Shown: one piece after another, positions 24,821 through 37,329 of the stretch
How the letters are laid out: every line of letters begins with the position of its first letter
Position numbering within the stretch: position 1 is the stretch's first letter
Origin: Mobula hypostoma
Taxonomy: Eukaryota
Direction: 5' to 3'
NCBI RefSeq assembly: GCF_963921235.1
Contig: NC_086123.1
Span: 4,588,001 to 4,652,000, forward strand
DNA: 64,000 nt
The notes under the pieces: model-generated
The model's database searches: none
What the model saw: the letters and a program-made list of their open reading frames with translations, nothing else
What the model was told of the DNA's origin: nothing
Position numbers and translations under genes: made by a program

Positions 24821-26566
24821 AATTTAGCTAGATATATAGGATATTAAACTATTTTGCTTCAGAATGAATAGTTTGTCATGTCTATTAACATATTTCCCAT
24901 ACAAACAGCAGAGGAACATCAGCTTAGAAAACACACGCCCATTGCACACCTTACCTTGTAATACTGAGCCAGACAAATCCTAGGTTCCGTCTCAAGCTAA
25001 GGGCTTTGGATTTTATTTTCACATGGGATATTACCAGCAAAGTCAGCATTTAGTGCCCATCCCCAACTGTTTTTTAAAAAAAAAATTGGTGATGAGCCAC
25101 CATCCTGAACTGACTCATTTCTTGTGGTAAAAGCATTACCACAATGCTGTTGGGCAAAGAGATTCATAATTTTAAACTACTGATGAAAAATAATAAAACA
25201 GTACAGAATAACACTAGCTTTTCTTAGAGAGAATACTCAGTTCTCTTTCTTTCTCTTAATACTAACACTGGGCCAAAGAAGACATTTTCATCAAATCTAC
25301 ATTTTGAAAAATGCTGATAGGACCACTCTAAACTTCTGCAACACCTACTTGTTTCTTAATCAGTGAAATGTGGTTATAATGACTCAAAATTATTTTATAG
25401 TGTTTATTTTATTTATTAAATTGCCAGTTTAAGATTTGTAAATTAAGCAAGTTCTTTACAGAATACATTGTTGGGCCAATTAATTTTGCATCGAACCTCA
25501 ATTCCTTTAAAAAATAGCCTTCATAGCCAATTAACAGAAAAATAATGGAAAATTTCTGGAAGTCAGCAGCATCTGTGGAGAAACACAGTTAATATTTCAT
25601 GTCACTGACCTTCCATCAGTATCAAAAATATTATAGATAAACTTTAAGCAAAAAGGATTAGCTGAGAATGAAATAAATGGGAAGACACTAATTAGGAGGA
25701 TTTGTTTTTAAAGCCAGTATGTAGCAAGAGCAGGAATTTAAGAAAAGGGTCAATTCTGAATTTAGCATTATGAAATGAACCAAGCAGGTGGAAAGAATAT
25801 CAGTGATAAAGCATTTTTGTTGTGATAATCAAAACAGTTAGATTTAGTGCAATTTTGGGGGAAAAAAAGATAAAATAGGCTGAGATGTAATTTAGAAGTG
25901 GACCAGCTACTTGACAACAATTCAATTTTAGATAAATAGGAGGGTTTCAGGAAGAAGAGGAGATAAGGGTAATCATAGCATGACTTCCAAATCTATAGCC
26001 CCTTGGACTAACGAGCTTGGGATAAAGGAAACTAGGAAGCCATGGCACATGCAAAATCCTTGAAGAATATAGGAAATGGGGTAAGAAAGCAAAGAGACGG
26101 CATGAAATAATTGGCAGATGAAATGACAAAGGAATGAGTAGGGCTATTAGGGACCAAAAAGTAACCACTGAGTGGCAGCAGAGGATTCAGTAAACGTTCT
26201 TAATGAATACTTTGTAGAAATCTTTACAAGGAGGAGAATGGTGCTGGTGTTATATTAAGAAACGGGTGTGTGGAACAGTGGACAAGCAGAGTAAAAAAAT
26301 AAGTATTATTGAGCATAGGATTGTTGAAAGGGATAATTGACCAGCCTCAGATGTTTTCTTATCCTGCCAGAGTATTTGGAAGATTTTGAGGAGATAATAT
26401 TGATGAACCTCGCCAATCCTTTGAAGCACCTGCCATGAATAGTCCATGTTTCACAAGTGTAGTAGAGGGCATGGATACCGCTGCCTGGTCGATCATGGGA
26501 TATCATACATGCAGAGCACCAGAATATTGATGCGGAAGTGACTTTGCAGTTCATTGTAAGTGGTAC

Positions 26567-27991
26567 TGTCACAATGGGGGGGCATTGGGAGCAAGGGTGG
26601 ACCCAAATGCAAGACACATCTTGTGAGGTTAATTAGATTTAGTTTATTGTTTGATACCAGGAGAGCAAAGCAGGAGCAGGAATACCGAACTGGACAAGGA
26701 TTCAGGACTACGACTAGGCTGGGACTAGGGGTCTGGGCTTGGACTCGGAATTGGATCCCAGAACTAGAGGAGACATGAAGAGGCTAGGGTATGGATTCCG
26801 AGTCAGGGACTGGGCAAGGACCCATTACCTTGGTCTTGCCTCGGGCTCGGACCCCAGAACCAGGCATGGACATGACATGGGCTAGGGAGAGGAGGAACAT
26901 GGAAAACAGAGCCTCGTTCTCAGGAGAGCAGGTACATGGAACCATGGACACATACACAGAACACAGAGTCGGGACCCCTCCTTGGGTACAGGACATAGGG
27001 CCGGGACTCACACACAGAACAGAGAGCCGGGACCCCTCCTTGGGTACAGGACATAGGGCCGGGACTCATGACCCTCCGCGGGGCAACGGCAAGACGGCCT
27101 GACTTACCCCACGGAGGCGAGGACAAGACACGACAAGACATGACCCCCCCGCGGGGCAACGGCAAGATGGCCTGACTTACCCCACGGAGGTGAGGACAAG
27201 ACACGACAAGACATGACCCCCCCGGTGGGCAACGGCAAGACGGCCTGACTTACCCCACAGAGGTGAGGACAAGACACGACAAGACATGACCCCCTGCAGG
27301 GCAACAGCAAGACAGCCTGACTTGCCCCACGGAGGCGAGGACAAGACAAGACCAACACGAAAGGACACCAGACAGTACCTATCTAGCTCTGGCGATAGAA
27401 CTAGACCGAAGTGCAGGCGAGGGCTGCAGACGAGGGCTAGAGGTGAGAGGGGCAGAGAGGGGATTCAGACAGGGCAGGGGTAGGACAGGAATCACAGACC
27501 ACTAGGGACAGGACTTGACTTGGTACTTGAATGCCCCCGGAGCCAGGACTTGACTTGGAGCCTCCGGGTAGTGGCGAGTTCTCGACTCGGCCCGGGAACA
27601 GTAGACAGCGGTTCTTGATTCCCTCCGGCAGGTTAATTGACGGATCCACCTCGGTGAGGAAACTTTGCAGGCTTGGTTTGGCGAGGTAACTTGACAGGAG
27701 TGCTCCAGTGAGGAAAAGTGAATTACCGGCACTCGTTTCGGGTGGACACTAGGCTTGCTCCGGCCAGATGACATTGGCACGCTGTACCTTGGTGACTTTG
27801 CAGATGCTCTCGCGCTGAACAGCTGACATCCGGAGACTATAAACTACCGGTTCAGCTGAGAGTAAATTGCCTCTAATCACCAAAGCCGAGGGACACGGAA
27901 GACAGGGACCCAAAGGGAAACAGGGAGTCAACGGTCCGGATCGTAACATAAACAACGTAAATTTAAAGGGACCCTGATCCGGACCATGACA
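26567..27991 (-). mobile_element. Solo LTR (Gypsy-like), 1425 bp, with internal tandem repeats, inserted in an old CR1
   Basis: TGTCA...TGACA inverted termini, perfect TSD GGTAC at 26562-26566 and 27992-27996, minus-strand AATAAA near 26643, CpG retained. Confidence 0.9.
26950..27350. repeat. Tandem repeats inside the solo LTR (two ~55-bp units, then about four ~68-bp units)
   Basis: acacagaac..gggacccctccttgggtacaggacatagggccgggactca x2, then catgacccc..gggcaacggcaagacggcctgacttaccccacggaggcgaggacaagacacgacaaga x~4. Confidence 0.9.
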
Positions 27992-28552
27992 GGTACAGTT
28001 TCCAGTGATGCTGTAGATCCCCTCCAGATGGAGGATAAGTGCAGCACTACAGTAAGAGAGATCGAGAAGCATGTCTTTGGGTAGGAATGGAGCAGTGATT
28101 GGCACCTATCTGTTCTGAAATTGGGACTGCCATTAAGATCATAGCATTCATACCAAGATGCAGTAAATACAAGATGACGAGGAATTTCTGTGCACAGAAA
28201 AAAATGAGAGGGACTGTTCACAGTCCTTCCCAATTATTGTACTCAAAGGTTTTTATAAAGTCAGAAAAGGCCATGTAGAGTTGTTGGTACTAAGGGGTCA
28301 AAAATCTGGGATCACAGATTTAAAGTAATTTAATTACAGACAAGATGAGCAAAACTTTTTTTGCTCAAGATTGCATTGGTCTGGAGATCTGAGAGGCTGT
28401 GAGAGGTACTTTGTGTCTATGCACCTTGCTCTGTTTAGGCTTCGCAAATTATATTCACTTGAATTAAGTCTCCCTCAGCTATCCACAACTATCGTGACTC
28501 CTTCCGCCTGGGAGAATGGAACATCATTCTGATCTCGGGTAGGCCGTATTTC

Positions 28553-30790
28553 GGGTAATGATGAGTTTGAGTACAGAGAGGAAATTAAGAACCTGGTGGC
28601 ATGGTGCGAAGACAATAACCTATCCCTCAACGTCAGCAAGACGAAGGAATTGGTTGTTGACTTCAGAAGGAGTAGCGGACCGCACGACCCAATTTACATC
28701 GGTGGTGCACAAATGGAACAGGTCAAAAGCTTTAAGTTCCTCGGGGTCAATATCACAAATGACCTGACTTGATCCAACCAAGCAGAGTTCAATGCCAGGA
28801 AGGCCCACCAGCGCCTTTACTTCCTGAGAAAATTAAAGAAATTTGGCCTGTCCCCTAAAACCCTCACTAATTTTTATAGATGTACTGTAGAAAGCATTCT
28901 TCTAGGGTGCATCACAACCTGGTATGGAAGTTGTCCTGTCCAAGACCAAAAGAAGCTGCAGAAGATCGTGAACATAGAAACATAGAAACATAGAAACATA
29001 GAAAATAGGTGCAGGAGTAGGCCATTCGGCCCTTCGAGCCTGCACCGCCATTTATTATGATCATGGCTGATCATCCAACTCAGAACCCAGCCTTCCCTCC
29101 ATACCCCCTGACCCCTGTAGCCACAAGGGCCATATCTAACTTCCTTTTAAACATAGCTAATGAACTGGCCTCAACAGTTTGCTGTGGCAGAGAATTCCAC
29201 AGATTCACCACTCTCTGTGTGAAGAAGTTTTTCCTAACCTCGGTCCTAAAAGGCTTCCCCTCTATCCTCAAACTGTGACCCCTCGTTCTAGACCTCCCCA
29301 ACATCGGGAACAATCTTCCTGCATCTAGCCTGTCCAATCCCTTTAGGATCTTATACGTTTCAATCAGATCCCCCCTCAATCTTCTAAATTCCAACGAGTA
29401 CAAGCCCAGTTCATCCAGTCTTTCTTCATATGAAAGACCTGCCATCCCAGGAATCAATCTGGTGAACCTTCTTTGTACTCCCTCTATGGCAAAGATGTCT
29501 TTCCTCAGATTAGGGGACCAAAACTGCACACAATACTCCAGGTGTGGTCTCACCAAGGCCTTGTACAACTGCAGTAGTACCTCCCTGCTCCTGTACTCGA
29601 ATCCTCTCGCTATAAATGCCAGCATACCGTTCGCCTTTTTCACCGCCTGCTGTACCTGCATGCCCACTTTCAATGACTGGTGTATAATGACACCCAGGTC
29701 TCGTTGCACCTCCCCTTTTCCTAATCGGCCACCATTCAGATAATAATCTGTTTTCCTATTTTTGCCACCAAAGTGGATAACTTCACATTTATCCACATTA
29801 AATTGCATCTGCCATGAGTTTGCCCACTCACCCAACCTATCCAAGTCACCCTGCATCCTCTTAGCATCCTCCTCACTGCTAACACTGCCACCCAGCTTCG
29901 TGTCATCCGCAAACTTGGAGATGCTGCATTTAATTCCCTCTTCCAAGTCATTAATATATATTGTAAACAACTGGGGTCCCAGCACTGAGCCTTGCGGTAC
30001 CCCACTAGTCACCGCCTGCCATTCTGAAAAGGTCCCGTTTATTCCCACTCTTTGCTTCCTGTCTGCTAACCAATTCTCCACCCACACCAATACCTTACCC
30101 CCAATACCGTGTGCTTTAAGTTTGCACACTAATCTCCTATGTGGGACCTTGTCAAAAGCCTTTTGAAAATCCAAATATACCACATCCACTGGTTCTCCCC
30201 TATCCACTCTACTAGTTACATCCTCAAAAAATTCTATGAGATTCGTCAGACATGATTTTCCTTTCACAAATCCATGCTGACTTTGTCCGATCATTTCACC
30301 GCTTTCCAAATGGCGCAGCACATCACACAAACCAATCTTCCATCCTTGGACTCACTTTACCCACACACTGTCGGAGCAGTGCTGCCAGGATAATCAAGGA
30401 CACGACCTACCCAGCCAACAGACTTTTCGTCCCTCTTCCCTCCGGAAGAAGGTTCAGGAGCTTGAAGACTCATACAGCCAGATTTGGGAACAGCTTCTTT
30501 CCAACTATGATAAGACTGCTGAATGGATCCTGACCCGGATCTGGGCCGTACCCTCCAATTATCCGGACCTGCCTCTCGGTTTTTTTTTGCACCTTACTAC
30601 CTTACTTCCCATTTTTCTATTTTCTATTTATGATTAATAATTTAAATTTTTAATATTTTCTAATTTTAACTATTTTTAATAGCTTTAATATTTAATATTT
30701 GTAATTCAGGGAGTGTGAAGCGCAGAATCAAATATCGCTGTGATAATTGTATGTTCTAGTACCAATTGTTTGGTGACAATAAAGTATAAA
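28553..30790 (+). mobile_element. Rex1/Babar LINE 3' portion split by a CR1 insertion
   Basis: Left part reads WCEDNNLSLNVSKTKELVVDFR...LTNFYRCTVESILLGCITTWYG...QKIVN. It resumes at ~30310 with MAQHIT...IIKDTTYPANRLFVPLPSGRRFRSL. Confidence 0.9.
28971..30311 (-). mobile_element. Young 5'-truncated CR1 LINE with uninterrupted RT reading frame (ORF 29080-30330)
   Basis: SQHGFVKGKSCLTNL, YLDFQKAFDKVPH, GVPQGSVLGP, KFADDTKL and HLEYCVQFWSP over ~410 aa with no stop. (ctatgttt)n 3' tail at 28971-29003. Confidence 0.95.
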
Positions 30791-31489
30791 ATATAAAGTA
30801 TCTTCCAACTACACTGACTCATCGATTTCTGCTGGCACTTTGCATACTGCAATGAGCTTTTCAAATTTTGTCTGAACTGAATAGTTTGATGCATGGTGAT
30901 TATTGAGTAATATTAACTCAGTCTTGCTCTCCTGATGATAACTGATCTGCTGAGTATTTCTTATTTCAAATTTTGAGCAGCTGCTGTGTTCAACATAACA
31001 CATACTTCTTTATTTGTTGTTATTTATTTCACTTTATGTACACCTCCTCCGGACAGATCAGCTATGATGAACCATCCTTCACCTCCTTCTCTCAGGCGGC
31101 ACCAACACTATCTTCATCACTGGGATTCTCTTAGTCTCCATCCTATCAGTTAGTATGTTACCTTTGCACCTCCCCCTGCTCTCAACTTAAAACATTTTTT
31201 TTTCTCACATTTTCCAGTTCTGATAAATATCTTAGTCTTGAAATAATATATCATCTCTGCTTCTTGCTCTCTGCAGTTGCCAGCATTTTCTGTTTTTATA
31301 TCATATTTAGAAAGTGTCTGGGTATGCACCTACAGAGCTATAGACCTGGTGATGGAGGGTGAGATTAGGCCAGGTAGTTCTTTACTGGCCAGAATGGTGA
31401 TGATGGGCCAAAGAGAATCCTTCTGAATTATAACTTTTCTTAGGATGTTATGAACAAACCAAAATAATAATTTAAATTAGCCACAGGTA

Positions 31490-33140
31490 AACTTCAGGCA
31501 GACTGGAGAGTGGCCATTGTTGTGTGTTATTTAAGAAGGGCAGCAAAGGCAAGCCAGGGAACACAGGTTGGTGAGCTGAATTCAGTACTGGATCGATAAC
31601 ACATTCAAAATGCTGGAGAAACTCAGCAGGTCAGGCAGCATCTGTGGAAAGGAGAAAACAGCTAACTTCAGCCTGAAAAGTTGATTGTTTATTCTTTTCC
31701 CTAGATGCTGCCTGACCTGCTGAGTTTCTCCAGGATTTTGCTCTCCTTGGGTGCAGACGAAAAGATGTTTCCCATATTCTGAGATTTATGTGATTATTGG
31801 ACTGTAATTTATTTTGGTTTCCTTCAGTGTTTTCTTTCTGGTGGACGATTGGTGGTGGGGGGGGTGATCTGTTAATATTTTTGTGTGTAAGAGGTTGGGG
31901 TGGGGGTTGGTGCTACTGTCACTGTTCTTTTCTGTGACTGAGGGGGTCAGGAGTTGTTACTGTGGCTGTTTTCTTTTGCTGTGCGGGGGGGCGGATTTTG
32001 GGATCTACGAGTTTCGTTTCTTTTCTTTTTCATGCCAGTTGTGGGGGGAAGTGAGGTGGAAGTTAATGTATTTTCTTTCATTAAAACCCATGGTCTTTCT
32101 GTATTTAATAGCTATCTGGAGTAGTCAAAGATCAGAGTTGTATTATAGATGCATACTTTGACAATAAATTAAATGAACCTTTATATGCTGCTCCAGATTT
32201 CTGGTTTCTGCAGAATATCTTGTCTTTATGAATATTAGATAGGTTATTGGAGGGAATTCTGAGGGACAGGATCCACCAACATTTCAATAGACAAAGACTG
32301 ATTAGGGATAGTCAGAAAGGCTTTTTGTGTGGGAAATTGTGTCTCACAAATCCGTTAGAGTTATTCTAAAGAAGTAACCATGAGGACATATGAGGGTAGG
32401 GCAGTGGATGCTGTCTATATGGTTAGTTCACGTGGGATTCAGGGATAAGTGGCTAAATGCTGCATAATTGGCTTGAAGCAGAGGGTTATGGTGGAAGGAT
32501 GTTTTACAGACTAGAGTCCAGTGGTGGGTGCAACAGTTATTGCTGTTGGGCCCATTGTCATTTATACAAATGATACAGATGAGAATGTACGAGGCATGGC
32601 TAGTAACCTCACAAGCAACACTAAAATTAGAGGTATCATAGACAGTAAAGGAAGTTACTAAAATTACAAAGGGATCTTGATCAGCTGGATAAGCGGACCA
32701 ATAAACGGAACATAGGGTTCAATTCAGTTAAGGTTTGAGTTGTTTCATTTGGGGAAGTCAGACCAAAAGTAGGACTTTCACAATGGGACCATAGACAGTG
32801 TTATAGAACAGAGGGACGAGTACATTGTTCCTCGAATGTGACATCATAATCATACGAGGTGATGAAGAAAGCGTCTGGCACTCTGGCCATCTCCAGTCAG
32901 ACCACTGACTATAGGAGTTGTGATGTTACGTTGCAGTTGTACAAGATGTTGGACTACTGTGTACAGTTGTGGTTATGCCGTGATAGGAAAGATGCCATTA
33001 AGCTGCAGAAAAGATTTACAAGAATGTTCCTGGGACTTGAGGAGTTGAGGAACTGCATTCCTTGCAGCAGAGGAGAATGAGGGGAGATCTTACAGAGCTG
33101 TATAAAATCATGAAGGACATAAATATGGTGAATGCACACA
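31490..33140 (+). mobile_element. Decayed CR1 LINE with nested Penelope-like palindrome (~31600-31740) and another short retroposon
   Basis: gactggagagtggcc (DWRVA), LQLYKMLDYCVQLW, RGDLTELYKIMK. Palindrome gctggagaaactcagcaggtcaggcagcatct / agatgctgcctgacctgctgagtttctccag. Confidence 0.75.
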
Positions 33141-33199
33141 GTCTTTTTTTTTCTTTTTTTCCCGGGGAGGGCACGGGGCATAATGTCATTTTCTGTCAC

Positions 33200-33860
33200 C
33201 TACAACAGGGAGTGCTGCCCACTTCCAGCAGAGCCCGCTGGGCTACTCGCTCTCCGTCTGGACTCGACTTCAATGACTGAAAACCATCACTGGTTGCTAA
33301 GACGCGTCCCCGTTGACGACGCTTTGCCCCGCTGCATGCCGGTCCGGAATAAAATGCTGCGGTAAATAGCGACAGGCTTATTGATTGAGCAGGCCAATGA
33401 AGGTACCGCGCGGGCTGCAGGCAGCCAATGGGGAAGAGGCAGGGGCGCGGCCGCGGCCGCCCGGGGGGTTGGTACCGTTGTGTGACGGCGCGGGTGAACA
33501 ATCCGGCTGCAGTCGGGGTCGGGGACCTGGGTACTCGGCGTCTGCTCCATCAGTGCTCGCTTACCAAGAGTGTTTTCGCTCTCCTGCAGAGATATCACCC
33601 AGTGAGTATCGAATCGCCGTCCTGTTAAACGTTAGTGTTGAATCGATAACTTTGTGAGGGAAATATAACGGTTCTGACATGTGGAGAGAGAGGGCGACGG
33701 TTGCCGCTTATTGTTTGAAAGCCTGAGGGAAGCCGAGAGACGGAGGGTGGGAATCGGTTCCGAGTGGACCCGTTCCATTGTCCTTTCTCTCCCGCTGTCA
33801 CTCGCCCGGTTCTGTTTCCGAGGCAGAAACCGCTCAACGTCTGTGGAACCGCGTTTATCT
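33200..33860 (+). promoter_or_regulatory. CpG-island promoter of DYNLL1 with CCAAT boxes
   Basis: CpG-dense island with CCAAT at ~33394 and ~33425, a GC-rich run ggggcgcggccgcggccgcccgggg, and TGACG half-sites at ~33314 and ~33483. Confidence 0.8.
33490..33601 (+). other. DYNLL1: DYNLL1 non-coding exon 1 (start approximate)
   Basis: Strong donor ccca|GTGAGT at 33602 inside the CpG island. The coding exon at 36295 has an acceptor 8 nt before its ATG and so needs an upstream exon. Confidence 0.7.
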
Positions 33861-34282
33861 GTGGAATCTGGCCAAGGGTTTTCCATTTGATGCATTCACT
33901 CCAGCATTGTCCTTACTTCAACTCCACTAGATCTTAAAACAAAATTATTTCGATGGTTTGGGATTTCGGGCGGGATCCTTCTCCATTTCAGCGTTGGATT
34001 GAGGTAATGTCTGGAGTGGTATGCCCGTGTCTAGCCGAAACAAGGACAGCGATCTCGATCCAAATTCCCCCAACCTACCCCTTCCGCTTCCTTGCACATC
34101 CCTCGTTTCTTTCGTCCTTACTTCCCTCGAAGGCTCGCCTTCCTCCTTCCTCCCCCCCCCCTCCATTCCCGAACTTGTATCACTTTCAACTCTTTGCACC
34201 AGGGTCGCAATGGAATTCTGTGAGCAGGTATTTAAACGTCGTGATGCATGAGATTCCAGGATACATTGAACGGTGAACTACT

Positions 34283-35230
34283 TCAAGTCAAGTCAAGTCA
34301 AGTCAAGTCACTTTTTGTTATCATTTCGACCATAACTGCTGGTGCAGTTCACAGTAAAAACGAGACAACGTTTTTCAGGACCATGGTGCTACATGAACAA
34401 TACAAAAACTACACTGAACTACGTAAAACGACACAAAAAAACTACACTAGACTACAGACCTACCCAGGACTGCATAAAGTGCACAAAACAGTGCGGGCAT
34501 TACAATAAATAATAAACAAGACAACAGGCACAGTAGAGGGCAATAGGTTGGTGTCAGTCCAGGCTCTGGGTACTGAGGAGTCTGATGGCTTGGGGGTAGA
34601 AACTGTTACATAGTCTGGTCGTGAGGCCCGAATACTTAGGTGCCTTTTGCCAGATGGCAGGAGGGAGAAGAGTTTGTATGAGGGGTGCGTGGGATCCTTC
34701 ATAATGCTGTTTGCTTTGCGGATGCAGTGTGTGGTGTAAGTGTCTGTAATGGCGGGAAGAGAGACCCCGATGATCTTCTCAGCTGACCTCACTATCCGCT
34801 GCAGGGTCTTGCGATCCGAGACGGTGCAATTTCTGAACCAGGCAGTGATGCAGCTGCTCAGGATGCTCCCAATACAACCTCTGTAGAATGTGGTGAGGAT
34901 GGGGGGGTGGGAGATGGACTTTTCTCGGCCTTCACAGAAAGTAGAGACGCTGCTGGGCTTTCTTTGCTATGGAGCTGGTCTTGAGGGACCAGGTGAGATT
35001 CTCCGCCAGGTGAACACCAAGAAATTTGGTGCTCTTAACGATCTCTACGGAGTGGTCGCTCCGTGTCCTCCTGAAGTCACATTCAGAGACAGGTTGTTAG
35101 CTCTGCACCAGTCCGTTAGCCTCTGCACCTCCTCTCTGTATGCTGACTCGTGGTTCGAGCTGTGTTGCAGCACAGTTGTGGGTCAGCAGAGTGAACAGCT
35201 GTGGACTGAGCATGTAGCCCAGGTGGGGTG
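34283..35230 (-). mobile_element. Rex1/Babar LINE 3' fragment in DYNLL1 intron 1
   Basis: RSAEKIIGVSLPAITDTYTTHCIRKANSIMKDPTHPSYKLFSLLPSGKR, with (caagt)n tail at 34284-34310. Confidence 0.9.
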
Positions 35231-36302
35231 AAGAAAAAATTATCTAAAACTTAATAAGTATCAGCTGGAAAATTCTTAATAAAATCAAAAGCTTTTTTAA
35301 CCTTTGCCCAAGAATATGAGTTGTGCAAACGAATAAACAATCTAGAGACTGCAGATTGTCTGTTGTCAGATTCTACAGTCCACTGGAGGAGCCCAGTGCG
35401 TCATCTGCAGGGAAATGGGATTATTATTGTCACGTACTGATTTACAGTGAAGAGCTTTGTTTTGCATGCCTTAGGGGCAGGTTATTCCAACCCTAAGTAT
35501 ATTGAGCTATTACAAAAGGGAAAACAATAATGATGCAGAATATACTGGTACATTTACAGAAAAGTGTAGTGCAAGCTGAGAGAATGCAAGGGTCATGACA
35601 GGGGAGATCAAGAGATAAGAGTTTATTCAATCTTTATTATTCAAGAGATAATAGTAGGGTAGAAACTGCCCTTAAGACTGATGTTACATGTTTTAAATGT
35701 TTGCATCTGGGTGTGTGGGGAAGACATAGTGACTAGAGTGGGATGATTATGTTGACTGCTTTCCTGAGACAGTGGAATGTGAGGGGTGTCTTGACTGGGC
35801 TGTGATCACAGCATTGCCAGGCCAGTGATCTAGGGCAGAGCAGTTGCCGTACATCTAGGCGGATGCCCTGTATGGTACATATTGTATATATTAAAAAATC
35901 AGTGAGGATCATCACAGACATGCTGAATTTCACTGGCCTGAAAAGGCGAGGTACTGCTGTGCTTCCTCAGCCATAGCGTCTACATGGTGAACTAAGTCAA
36001 ACTATTGGTGATGTTTATATTCCGGCAACTTGAACCTCTCCACTCCAGTATCAGTGGTAGGAAAGGAATTGTGGATGTTTCAGTTTAAAGATAATAATAC
36101 TTCTCGAAATTGCTTTACTTCATGTGGAGCTGTGTAAAGATATTGTGGATTAATAGCTTTGTTCTGAATGATTTCTAATTTTTGGCAATATGAAATAATT
36201 GCAGTGAACTACTTTGAATACTATTATTCAATTCTACATAATTTACAGTTCGATTCTACATAATGTCTTTGATACTTTTGTATTTGTCTGGCAGATCAAA
36301 AG

Positions 36303-36434
36303 ATGTCTGAAAGAAAAGCTGTCATTAAGAACGCTGACATGCCTGAAGACATGCAGCAGGAAGCTGTGGAGTGTGCTACTCAGGCACTAGAGAAGTACAA
36401 CATTGAGAAAGACATAGCAGCTTACATCAAGAAG
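36303..36434 (+). CDS. DYNLL1: Dynein light chain LC8, coding exon 1 (aa 1-44)
   Basis: [44 protein letters not shown]. Acceptor ggcag|atc at 36294/5 and donor AAG|gtcaga at 36435. DYNLL1 is assigned by position between SRSF9 and COQ5. Confidence 0.95.
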
Positions 36435-37329
36435 GTCAGATTGCTGCAACAGAAGTTGAATTATAGTTGTAACTATGCTGAGAGGAGTGCCTGCTTTGTC
36501 CTGAAAAGAAAATGTCATTTATGCCGTCAGTCAAAATCCATTCACAACCCTTTGCGTGCCATTTGACAAAGTAGCTCAGGAGGTTACTGTGGGGAATTCG
36601 AACTGCTGACTCAGTTGGCAGAGGCTCTGATTTTATGCACTCCATCTGAGTTTGAGATAGCACAAAACCTAAAGCAAGAAATACCTGAGGTTACAAAAAA
36701 CATCCCAGATTCTGCATTGTATATACCTGAGTTTTTTTAATAAGATTATTAATTGTTTTCTTAATTATGGGTGATCTTTTTTACTCTCTGACTTCCCACC
36801 TCTTTTTTTTGGTAGCTTTGGAACATTTATAAACAAAACTTAAACATTGGGCTTATAACCAAGTGGGGTAATAATATCAATGTTCAAAAATGTAGGTAAT
36901 AACTTTGCTGAATTAAGTAACCTTTGTGATTCTTTACAGCAGAATTTCAGAGAACCAGTAAAGAGTATAAATTCTGATTTGCAGTGCATTTTAGTGGGAC
37001 TACTTTTTAAACCCATTGTTTATTTTGGTGGCAATCCCTCTACTGATTATTAGAATATATTTATTTAAAAGATTGTGCCTTGTCAATTCAACTTTATTGT
37101 ATTTGCCTTTTGAAGAGAAATAATGTTGTTTAAGATTGAATTTGAATTCCATTATAGCCAAATACATTAACATTTTTTTAATTTTGTGGGGTGCATACAA
37201 TTTTTGGGGGGGAAATGCTTTTAAAGCATTTAATTTATAAGAACTTTAATAACTGATCAGATGAAAATCTTATGCAATCTTTTATTTCCAGAGACGTTAT
37301 AAGTAATGTCCTGCTCTTTGTGAGAGGGG

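Noticed and set aside
27068-27350. Regular repeats as a possible CRISPR or repeat-protein gene
   Set aside because: They lie within a TG..CA solo LTR with TSD, have no unique spacers, and the ORFs are repeat artefacts.
29080-30330. 416-aa ORF as a host gene
   Set aside because: It is a 5'-truncated CR1 reverse transcriptase. The first codons come from the flanking LINE and the endonuclease domain is missing.
33196-34276. Cluster of overlapping ORFs at the DYNLL1 promoter (likewise at 6645-7550 and 62957-63429)
   Set aside because: Expected by-product of GC-rich CpG islands, with no domain similarity beyond the called exons.
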